Below are positions 9,210 to 17,588 of a DNA stretch of 64,000 bases, piece after piece (position 1 is the first letter of the stretch; every line of letters starts with the position of its first letter). The notes under the pieces are model-generated. The model ran no database searches. It was given only the letters and a program-made list of their open reading frames with translations, and had not been told where the DNA came from. The position numbers were made by a program, and so were the translations under genes. Source of the stretch: Ignavibacteriota bacterium (GTDB lineage: Bacteria > Bacteroidota > Ignavibacteria > UBA10030 > SZUA-254). The DNA lies in assembly GCA_016212665.1 (NCBI GenBank), contig JACREZ010000032.1:65566-129565 (forward strand), written 5' to 3'.

Positions 9210-10499
9210 CTACGAGTTAATAACGTTAATTCCACTTTTGCTGAGTAATTTTTTCAGCCGTCCGTCAAACTTCTTATCGAACCGAAAACGAATTTTCATC
9301 GTGTTATTTTCATCGTATTCCTTCTCAATGATTTCTGCAAACTCATGGAGTTTTGAGACGAGCCGGTAATCTGACGGCATGAGATGCAGAATCTGTTCTT
9401 TCAATTCGTGTTCAAGCACTTCAAGAATTTTTTCTTTCAGGCTTGAAATGTTAATACCGCGTGATGCGGAGATAAATACAGCGTTTTCGTATTCTTTGCC
9501 CAACGAAGTCACCAATCCCCGGTCTTGAAGTGCATCTATTTTGTTGAAAACAATGACTGTTGGCTTCTCTCCCGCGCCGAGTTCCTGAAGCGTTTCACGC
9601 ACAACACAGACATGTTCTTCAAATTGCGGATGACTGACATCTACAACATGCAGCACGACATCCGCTTCAACAACTTCAGCCAATGTACTTCTGAATGATG
9701 CAATCAAATGTGGCGGAAGTTTCCTGATAAATCCGACCGTATCTGATAAAAGAATTCTTTTTGTTTGCGAGATGGCAACTTGTCGAACTGTTGTATCGAG
9801 CGTTGCAAATAATCTATCTTCAATGAAAACATCAGCACCGGACATTTGTTTAAGCAATGTAGATTTTCCTGCGTTCGTATATCCAACCAATGCCACACGT
9901 GTCCACTCTTTTCTCCGGCTCCGTTGTACACTTCGCTCAACACTGATTCCTTCTAATTTCTCTTTCAGATTTCCGATGCGAGCGCGAACTGCACGACGGT
10001 CAACTTCCAACTGTGTTTCGCCGGGTCCTTTCGTTCCAACACCGCCGTATTGTTTCGATAAGTGCGTCCATGCTCTCGTTAATCTCGGCAACATGTACTG
10101 AAGTTGTGCAAGTTCTACTTGCGTCATCGCCTCTTTCGTCTTCGCTCTTGATGCGAAAATATCGAGAATTAATCCGCTTCGGTCAATAATTTTGCACTTC
10201 ATTACTTTCTCAAGATTTCTTACCTGCATAGCGGAAAGGTCATCATCAAAAATTACTGATTCTATTTTTTCTTGTTCGACAAGTTGAGCAATCTCATTAA
10301 TTTTGCCTTTACCAAGATACGTAGCCGGTTGGATTCCATCACGCTCTTGCGTAATTTTGTGAACAACTTCGACTCCCGCTGTATCGGCAAGTCTGATGAG
10401 TTCATCAAGATAATCGCGCACTTGGTAGCGACTGACTTTATTCGTCACTAAGCCGACAACAATTGCCCGTTCTGTTTTTTGTGTTGAGTGAAGTTCCAT
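9210..10499 (-). CDS. hflX: GTPase HflX
   Basis: G-domain motifs GYTNAGKSTL, DTVGF and NKID, plus the N-terminal HflX domain. Confidence 0.9.
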   Translation of the reverse strand: MELHSTQKTERAIVVGLVTNKVSRYQVRDYLDELIRLADTAGVEVVHKITQERDGIQPATYLGKGKINEIAQLVEQEKIESVIFDDDLSAMQVRNLEKVMKCKIIDRSGLILDIFASRAKTKEAMTQVELAQLQYMLPRLTRAWTHLSKQYGGVGTKGPGETQLEVDRRAVRARIGNLKEKLEGISVERSVQRSRRKEWTRVALVGYTNAGKSTLLKQMSGADVFIEDRLFATLDTTVRQVAISQTKRILLSDTVGFIRKLPPHLIASFRSTLAEVVEADVVLHVVDVSHPQFEEHVCVVRETLQELGAGEKPTVIVFNKIDALQDRGLVTSLGKEYENAVFISASRGINISSLKEKILEVLEHELKEQILHLMPSDYRLVSKLHEFAEIIEKEYDENNTMKIRFRFDKKFDGRLKKLLSKSGINVINS

Positions 10500-10501
10500 C
10501 T

Positions 10502-12712
10502 TTATCCTTGTTGCGCCGCCGCAAACATTTGTTGCGTTTCTTTCCTGCTATCGCGTGCGATGAACATTTCAAGTAATGCAAGCATCAGCGCAAGAGCGAG
10601 ACAATGCTTCCACAACTCGACACCGAAACGAGATTGAGTTACTGTTATTTGAACATCTTCCGGTTTATCAAGCGTTGTAATGGCTGCTGATTCTATGCCG
10701 AACTGCTTCCAGAATTTAGCCAGTGCATCCGATTCAATTTTTCTTCCATCCGATTCATTCTTGTTTGTATTGACTGCTATAATGGTTAGCAATTCGTTTT
10801 GATTATTGAGTTGATAAAATCCCGATTGTGTCAATTTTTTCAACCCGATTGATAACCCTGAACCTTGTCGTTGCGTACCTGACTGCTTTGTATTTTCACT
10901 CGATTGCGAAACCAATTCTTCCATTCCGTCGGGGGAATTCAACTTAAATGTTCCAGACATCAACGCGAGCGGAACGTTTTGCAGATTTACTACCGGTTCA
11001 TCACCGGTTGTAAACGAGTATTGAGTTTTTCCCCTCGATGAAGTATAAACAACCGAGCGATACATCAACGGCACAAAAATTCCCTTCACCGGAAAATCAG
11101 ACCAAGAGAGTGTTGGCGCGGCTGAGTAGAATAATATCTTTCCGCTTCCAAGATTATGTTCGGAGAAAAATGCTGAACCATCACTCAGAGAGATAATCAT
11201 GTGCGCTTCTTTTCCTACCGTACGAGCCAATGTTTTCAGAATCGAAGGAGATTCCACATTCAATTTATTTTGGGCTGATGTTGTTTGGTTCTTTTCAAAG
11301 ACTGTTGCAAACAACGGGTGGTCATAATCAATTTCCTTGAAAGAAAGCGACGAGGTTGACTGCTCGCTCCCTACAACTCGTTCAACCTGTGGAATCGAGA
11401 GCGAAGTAAGTAATGCTCTGCTTATTTCATCTTGCTGATAATTCGATGATGGGTAGAGTACTAATCCGCCGCCGCCTGAAACAAAGTTCTTTATTTTACC
11501 AACACTGCTCAACGTCAATCCATCAGGAAACGACACAACAAGAACATCGAACTTATTTATATCAAGAAATTGAAAATCTTTTGCTGTCGTTTGTTTGATG
11601 TCGAACAGCGCATGTCCTTCCTGATTATCTCCCGAACGAAGCGCGAGCATGGGGAACCTGCTTTCGTTTTGAGAATTGGAAACAACTGCGACAGATATTT
11701 TTTCAGGAACATGAATGGTGAAGTAACGGCGGTTGTCTTGTTCGACTGCATCAGTTTCTAACTCAACATATCCTTTAACAAAACCGGATTTTTTTGGTGT
11801 GAGTGAAAAATCAAGTGTTGCCGAACTCCATGGGTCAAGCCGCACGCTGTTTTGCGCCACACGTACTCCTTCAAGAAACACACTCACAACATAATTCTGC
11901 TGAACATTGCCGCTAAAGTTTCTGATGGAGGTAAATACATTCACCGGTTTATCTTTTTCGACAAGTGTGGTTTTCACTTCAACAGAATCAATCGCCACAT
12001 TTGCAGAAGCACTCGTTCCAAGATTGATAAGGAAGAATTTTACATTTACATCAAACAATGATTGTGAAGGTTGATTCTGAGGCGCAAGCATTTCTGTGAA
12101 CAGGGTCTGTTGCATGTCGCTGATGACATAAACTTCCTTGTTAGCATTCTTCGACTCGGACAGCAATTTCGAGGAGAGCCGAATTGCATCATTCAACGGA
12201 CGAGTTACGGATGAAATTGAAATGTCACTTACAATCTTTCTGAGCGAACGGAAATCGTGCGTGGCAGGTGAAATTGTAGCGTCCGGCAAATCGGAAAGTT
12301 TCAGGAGAAAGACCTCATCACCTTCAGTCAGTAAGTCAATCAACTTCAGGATATTCTCTTTTGATTGCTTGAGCAATTCGCCCCGTTCATCGGACGCACT
12401 CATGCTAAATGAATCATCAACAATAAATACTACTGAGGAATGAGCATTCCCTCCGATGGTTCCGAGCAATGTCCCCCGAAATGCAGGTCGTGCAAATGCC
12501 AATACCAACAACAAAACCAACAGCGTTCGAATAATCAGCAACAACAATTGCCGGATTTTCAGTTTTCGTATTTTCGTCTGTTGTAATTCCTTCAAAAACC
12601 GTAATGTGCTGAATTCGATGGTTCTGAGTTTCCGAAGGTTCAATAAATGGAGAATAACGGGAATTGCCGCAGCAAGTGTCCCAAAGAGAACAAGGGGATT
12701 AAGAAAAGTCAT
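10502..12712 (-). CDS. BatA-like N-terminal transmembrane domain + von Willebrand factor A domain membrane protein
   Basis: The N-terminus LNPLVLFGTLAAAIPVILHLLNLRKL matches the aerotolerance-regulator N-terminal double-TM domain. The MIDAS-type DxSxS motif is present (FIVDDSFSMSASDE). Confidence 0.7.
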   Translation of the reverse strand: MTFLNPLVLFGTLAAAIPVILHLLNLRKLRTIEFSTLRFLKELQQTKIRKLKIRQLLLLIIRTLLVLLLVLAFARPAFRGTLLGTIGGNAHSSVVFIVDDSFSMSASDERGELLKQSKENILKLIDLLTEGDEVFLLKLSDLPDATISPATHDFRSLRKIVSDISISSVTRPLNDAIRLSSKLLSESKNANKEVYVISDMQQTLFTEMLAPQNQPSQSLFDVNVKFFLINLGTSASANVAIDSVEVKTTLVEKDKPVNVFTSIRNFSGNVQQNYVVSVFLEGVRVAQNSVRLDPWSSATLDFSLTPKKSGFVKGYVELETDAVEQDNRRYFTIHVPEKISVAVVSNSQNESRFPMLALRSGDNQEGHALFDIKQTTAKDFQFLDINKFDVLVVSFPDGLTLSSVGKIKNFVSGGGGLVLYPSSNYQQDEISRALLTSLSIPQVERVVGSEQSTSSLSFKEIDYDHPLFATVFEKNQTTSAQNKLNVESPSILKTLARTVGKEAHMIISLSDGSAFFSEHNLGSGKILFYSAAPTLSWSDFPVKGIFVPLMYRSVVYTSSRGKTQYSFTTGDEPVVNLQNVPLALMSGTFKLNSPDGMEELVSQSSENTKQSGTQRQGSGLSIGLKKLTQSGFYQLNNQNELLTIIAVNTNKNESDGRKIESDALAKFWKQFGIESAAITTLDKPEDVQITVTQSRFGVELWKHCLALALMLALLEMFIARDSRKETQQMFAAAQQG

Positions 12713-12808
12713 CTACGAGAGAAAATTGCATTCAAAGTTAAACATAGCCTGCTCAAATGACAGAAAAATTTCAGTAAAAAACAACATTGCTTCGTGTAAT
12801 GAACTTTT

Positions 12809-12816
12809 GTATATTT
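12809..12816 (+). promoter_or_regulatory. putative Bacteroidetes-type -7 promoter box (TAnnTTTG) for tRNA-Pro
   Basis: TATATTTG lies 15 nt upstream of the tRNA 5' end. Confidence 0.35.
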
Positions 12817-12830
12817 GCCACGTTCGATTC

Positions 12831-12904
12831 GGGATGTAGCGCAGCTCGGCTAGCGCGCCTGCCTTGGGCGCAGGAGGTCCCGGGTTCAAATCCCGGCATC
12901 CCGA
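12831..12904 (+). tRNA. tRNA-Pro (anticodon TGG)
   Basis: Cloverleaf folds by hand. Acceptor stem GGGATGT pairs with GCATCCC. D-loop carries GG. Anticodon stem CCTGC/GCAGG with loop CTTGGGC (anticodon TGG). T-arm is CCGGG-TTCAAAT-CCCGG. Confidence 0.85.
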
Positions 12905-13146
12905 CTCTTACTTGTTGCGCCCATTTGATGTGGATTCTGAATATTACTTGTAGAACGGAATTCCTACATTAATTTTCTCCTTTGTCAACCCCGCTTCACC
13001 TGTTATTTTGAAAGATTTAACGCGGTGACAATATAAATCAGCAAAAGAACAAAATTTCTGTTGCTTTTTAGATTCAAATTCATTAATTTGCCAAACGAAA
13101 AATGCGTATGAGCATTTTTCAATAATATTTTTCAAAAGGATTTTTC

Positions 13147-13515
13147 ATGGATAATCAACATAAGGTCTTAGTAGTTGACGACGAAGAAGCTCTCCGTACA
13201 GTGTTGAGCGGTGAGTTAGTAAATGAAGGCTACAAAGTCGGTACCGCGGCGGACGGAGATGAAGCCATTGCAATCATCAAACAAGAACAGTTTGATATTG
13301 TTTTATTGGATATCAAAATGCCAAAAGTCGATGGCTTTGAAGTACTCAAATTTATTAAAAAGGATTATCCCGCAATCAAAGTTATTATGCTTACCGCCTT
13401 TGCAGATTTGAAAAATGCTATTGAATCAAAGAAACTTGGCGCAGAAGATTTTATCAGCAAGCCGTACGACCTTGTGGATTTACTCACCACAATCGAACGT
13501 GTGTTAGGGGAGTAA
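13147..13515 (+). CDS. single-domain CheY-like response-regulator receiver protein
   Basis: VLVVDDEE, LLDIKMPKVDG, ISKPY. It is a paralogue of 7977..8345. It is followed 31 nt later by a sigma54-activator gene. Confidence 0.85.
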   Translation: MDNQHKVLVVDDEEALRTVLSGELVNEGYKVGTAADGDEAIAIIKQEQFDIVLLDIKMPKVDGFEVLKFIKKDYPAIKVIMLTAFADLKNAIESKKLGAEDFISKPYDLVDLLTTIERVLGE

Positions 13516-13546
13516 CTTTCTCTTTCAATGATGCTGAAGAGTAACG

Positions 13547-14887
13547 TTGCCGCAACGGTTTAACATACTCATTGTCGATGATGAGGCATCATTAACGAAA
13601 CTTCTACGGGAGGAACTTCAGGAACGGGAAACCTTCGAGGTTGACCTCGCCTTCGATGGTGTTGAAGCCATCAACCTTATTCAAAAAAAATTATACGATG
13701 TTGTTCTTTTAGATTTCAAAATGCCCCGCGTTGATGGCAAGGAAGTCTTAAAATTTGTCCAGGAACATTCTCCCTCCTCCCAAACAATTATTATCTCCAA
13801 TTTTGCTGACATTCAATTAGCAGTCGAGATGACCAAACTCGGCGCTATTGATGTTTTGGGGAAACCATTCGATATCAATCAACTTGAACAAAAAATCGAA
13901 CGGGCAATCGAGCATAAAAAGCTTGCCATTGACAATAAACTTCTTCAGGAAGAACTCGAACGGAAAGCAGGGACATCTGAAATTATCGGTAATAGTAAAG
14001 CAGTGGTTGACATATTACTCTACGGTAAACGAGTTGCGGAAAGTGATTCTGTTGTGCTCATTTTGGGACCGAGCGGAACCGGGAAAGAACTAATTGCAAA
14101 TTTTATCCATAAGAACAGCCCGCGCGTTCATTATCCTTTTGTGCCGGTGAATTGTTCCTCCATTCCTGATTCGCTCCTTGAAAGCGAATTGTTCGGGCAT
14201 GAAAAAGGAGCGTTCACAAACGCGTATACAGCCAAGCCGGGACTTGTTGAAGTCGCCAATGGCGGAACGTTGTTTCTTGATGAAGTTGGTGACATCAGTC
14301 AGACGGTTCAACCGAAATTGCTTCGCTTTTTAGAAAATGGGACATTTCGCCGCGTTGGAGGAACGAATGAATTGAAAGCGAACGTCAGGGTTCTCTCGGC
14401 AACAAATAAAAACCTTCAGGAAGAAGCGCGTGCTGGAAGATTCAGGGAAGATTTATTGTACCGATTGAATGTTTTCACACTTCGTATGCCCGCATTAAAA
14501 GACCATGTCGAAGATATTCCCTTACTCGTGGATTTCTTTCTTCAAAAGAAATCAAAAACAAAACAACCGAAGCAACTCAGCAAGGAAGCATTAAACGCGA
14601 TGATGATGTATAATTGGCCCGGGAATGTTCGTGAACTTGAGCATGTCATCGAGCGGGCAATTATACTTTCGAGCGGAGAAATCATCGAACAACACGACCT
14701 CCATCTTACCGACCAACAACCGGAACAGGGAACCAAAACCTTTTCGCTCGATGATATGGAAAAGGAACACATCGAAAAAGTTTTAAAAATTTTCAAGGGC
14801 AATCGTGCGAAAGCATCGGAAGCCCTTGGTATTAGTCAGAAAACTTTATACACGAAAATAAAAGAGTACGAAATTTCTGTAGAATAA
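13547..14887 (+). CDS. sigma-54-dependent Fis-family response regulator (NtrC-like: receiver + AAA+ sigma54 activator + HTH)
   Basis: TTG start. Receiver domain, Walker A GPSGTGKE, the GAFTGA-like loop ESELFGHEKGAFTNA and a C-terminal Fis-type HTH (ASEALGISQKTLYTKIK). Confidence 0.85.
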   Translation: MPQRFNILIVDDEASLTKLLREELQERETFEVDLAFDGVEAINLIQKKLYDVVLLDFKMPRVDGKEVLKFVQEHSPSSQTIIISNFADIQLAVEMTKLGAIDVLGKPFDINQLEQKIERAIEHKKLAIDNKLLQEELERKAGTSEIIGNSKAVVDILLYGKRVAESDSVVLILGPSGTGKELIANFIHKNSPRVHYPFVPVNCSSIPDSLLESELFGHEKGAFTNAYTAKPGLVEVANGGTLFLDEVGDISQTVQPKLLRFLENGTFRRVGGTNELKANVRVLSATNKNLQEEARAGRFREDLLYRLNVFTLRMPALKDHVEDIPLLVDFFLQKKSKTKQPKQLSKEALNAMMMYNWPGNVRELEHVIERAIILSSGEIIEQHDLHLTDQQPEQGTKTFSLDDMEKEHIEKVLKIFKGNRAKASEALGISQKTLYTKIKEYEISVE

Positions 14888-14904
14888 TATTTTCCACAGT
14901 CCGC

Positions 14905-15198
14905 TCAAGCCGGAACTTGTTTCCGGTTGCGCCATATCGTTTGAAAATATAAAAACAAGATTTCAATAATAGTCACCAACGATAGGGCCATTGCATCTCT
15001 GTCGAACATCGGTCCAAGTCCGGGTTTCTCTATGACTAATTTCAACAGAGAATCAGCCAACGTCCAACCTACCGAAAAAACGAGTACGATTAAAATAACA
15101 GAGAGAAATCCCCAGATAAAATTTGTTTCTTGCCAGCGCTTCGTGAACGAATAGATTGCGGCAACAGTGTGGAGATAAAAAACGAAAAGAATTATCAT
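14905..15198 (-). CDS. small hypothetical membrane protein
   Basis: 97-aa ORF with three hydrophobic segments. Confidence 0.35.
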   Translation of the reverse strand: MIILFVFYLHTVAAIYSFTKRWQETNFIWGFLSVILIVLVFSVGWTLADSLLKLVIEKPGLGPMFDRDAMALSLVTIIEILFLYFQTIWRNRKQVPA

Positions 15199-15315
15199 TT
15201 GTGAGTGATAAGTTGTGAATTACGAGTAGCCCACAACTTCAGTTGTGGAGAAATCAAACAATAACAGCATCTAACCGCTTCAGCGGTCTCGAAAATAGTG
15301 GCTCTGGATAATCGT

Positions 15316-16731
15316 TCAATCACGATGAAAGATAACAGCCCCGACTGTCTTAAACAAAATTTTCAAATCCAAACCGAGCGACCAGTTTTCGATGTAAAAT
15401 AAATCGTATCGGATTCGTTCTTCAAGCGACGTATCGCCGCGCAATCCGTGAATCTGCGCCCAACCCGTCATTCCAGTTTTTACTCGGTGACGGTCAAGAT
15501 ATTTCGGAATAATATTCTTGAACTTCTCCACGTAAAATGTACGTTCCGGTCTCGGACCGACTAAACTCATCTCGCCTTTCAAAACATTGAACAATTGAGG
15601 AATTTCATCAAGACTTGTCTTGCGAAGAATTTTTCCGATTGTTGTCTGGCGCGGGTCGTCTTTTATTCCGAGACCTACTTGATTGTCAAACTTCTCAGCG
15701 CCAACGTTCATCGTTCTGAATTTTATCATCTCGAACGGTTCACCATCAAACCCAATTCGCTCTTGTCTAAAAAAAACCGGACCTTTCGATGTTAGTTTGA
15801 TAACAATTGCAATCACCCCAAACAACCACGAACCAGCGACCACGAGCCCTAAACCGACAACCACATCAAATCCCCGTTTCATGATTCTCCCCCACGTCGT
15901 AATCGGCACCCCTTTAATTTTGATGAAAGGAATTCCTTCGATTTCTTTCACCTTCATTCCGCCCGCCATCAACTCAAGAATATCCGGCACCATCATAAAC
16001 TCAACATTGATGCCTTCACACTCGCGGAGTAATTTGTAGAGCGAATCATGTTCATCGAGATTCATCGCAACTAACACAAGTTCAATCTTCTGCCTGCTTA
16101 GCGAATCGGATACTTCATCAAATGTTCCGAGATAGTGTTCTTTGGCAAGCGATTCATCCTCAGCGCATTTCGTTTGAGCAAAGTACCCGATGAACTTGTA
16201 GCCAAGTAAAGAGTGATTGTGAAGTGTCTCATAAATCCTGTTCGCTGTTTGATTGTTGCCGATGATGACCGCGTTGCGGAGTTCTTTTCCCTTCTTGTAT
16301 AAAGATTTTTCTATTTGGAATACAAGAACACGTCCGATGAAAAGAAACAAGGAGGAAAATATCCAAAGCAAACCGAATACAATTCGGGAATAAGAAAACG
16401 CTCGGTAGAAAAACGCCGCGCTCATCACGAGCAACATTCCCAAACTAACCAACTTCAACACATTGACAAATTCATCAGCAAGCGAAACATTTCGCCTCGC
16501 TCCGTACATCTCTCTCGAATTAAACAGAACCCACCAAACAGGTATCACAACCAATGAACCATAAACATATGCATCGAGGGGCGGCGTATCTTCACTTACA
16601 TTGAGGAAGGAAAGAAAGTCGGTTTGAAATCTCAGCCAGTAAGAAAACAGAAATGCGAGTTCAATTGCTATTCCATCGAACAGAACAGCAAGTGTGGGAA
16701 TGAGAAAGTCGTTACGGCGCGGACTACTCAT
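15316..16731 (-). CDS. undecaprenyl-phosphate sugar phosphotransferase (WbaP/exopolysaccharide-initiating bacterial sugar transferase family)
   Basis: C-terminal bacterial sugar-transferase domain: KRGFDVVVGLGLV...KGPVFFRQERIG...IKFRTM...SLVGPRPE. N-terminal multi-TM region. Confidence 0.85.
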   Translation of the reverse strand: MSSPRRNDFLIPTLAVLFDGIAIELAFLFSYWLRFQTDFLSFLNVSEDTPPLDAYVYGSLVVIPVWWVLFNSREMYGARRNVSLADEFVNVLKLVSLGMLLVMSAAFFYRAFSYSRIVFGLLWIFSSLFLFIGRVLVFQIEKSLYKKGKELRNAVIIGNNQTANRIYETLHNHSLLGYKFIGYFAQTKCAEDESLAKEHYLGTFDEVSDSLSRQKIELVLVAMNLDEHDSLYKLLRECEGINVEFMMVPDILELMAGGMKVKEIEGIPFIKIKGVPITTWGRIMKRGFDVVVGLGLVVAGSWLFGVIAIVIKLTSKGPVFFRQERIGFDGEPFEMIKFRTMNVGAEKFDNQVGLGIKDDPRQTTIGKILRKTSLDEIPQLFNVLKGEMSLVGPRPERTFYVEKFKNIIPKYLDRHRVKTGMTGWAQIHGLRGDTSLEERIRYDLFYIENWSLGLDLKILFKTVGAVIFHRD

Positions 16732-16908
16732 CGAACGATATTCGATACTTGCCCGCCTGAGGCGGGTGAAAGATGTGCGATATGCGCTTCAAGTTTCTTG
16801 TTTCAGATTTCAAGTAAACCTGTTCAGATACTGACAACTGAATAATAAAAAATACTCACAACTAACCACTCACCAATTAACTATTTAACCAATTAACCAT
16901 TCAACCAA

Positions 16909-17511
16909 TCACGAGAACATTTCATTCTCAACAATCCCACAGATAATGTGAGCAACCGTAATGTGTCCTTCCTGAATTCGTTGCGTGTCATTGGATGGGA
17001 TGATAATGGGAATATCAACTAACTCTTTTGATGAGCCGCCTCCTTTTCCGAGAAATCCTATAACAATCATCCCTTTTTTCTTTGCTTCATTGACTGCGCG
17101 ATTCACATTTTCCGATTTGCCGCTCGTACTTATTGCAATGAGAACATCACCGGCATTTCCCAACGCTTCAACCTGCCGACTAAAAATATTATCGAATCCG
17201 ATGTCATTGCCACCTGCGGTGAGACATGAAGTGTCGGTTGTCAGCGCAATAGCGGGAAGTGCCGGTCTGTCCGGCTTGCTCATGCGAATGACAAGTTCGG
17301 TTGCAATGTGTTGCGAGTCTGCCGCGCTTCCGCCGTTGCCGCACAACAACACTTTTTTCTTGTTGTTGAACGCACCGATAATTGCATCAACTGCCTTCAG
17401 AATATCTCCTGCACATGCTTCAAACATTTTCTTCTTTGTCTCAGCACTTGCATCGAGTTCGTCCTGAATATATTTTTGTCTGTACAAAAGTGTTAACGGT
17501 AAATGAGCCAT
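16909..17511 (-). CDS. gmhA: SIS-domain phosphoheptose isomerase (D-sedoheptulose-7-phosphate isomerase)
   Basis: SIS motifs VLLCGNGGSAADSQH and ISTSGKSENV. Size is about 200 aa. Confidence 0.8.
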   Translation of the reverse strand: MAHLPLTLLYRQKYIQDELDASAETKKKMFEACAGDILKAVDAIIGAFNNKKKVLLCGNGGSAADSQHIATELVIRMSKPDRPALPAIALTTDTSCLTAGGNDIGFDNIFSRQVEALGNAGDVLIAISTSGKSENVNRAVNEAKKKGMIVIGFLGKGGGSSKELVDIPIIIPSNDTQRIQEGHITVAHIICGIVENEMFS

Positions 17512-17588
17512 AAAATCAATTCAAAAGTAAAAATGCAAAAGGTAAAAAATAAGATATCGAATCAGTGTAAATCCGTGTTGTATCTGTG

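Noticed and set aside
12787-12972. 61-aa ORF overlapping tRNA-Pro.
   Set aside because: It overlaps a well-formed tRNA on the same strand.
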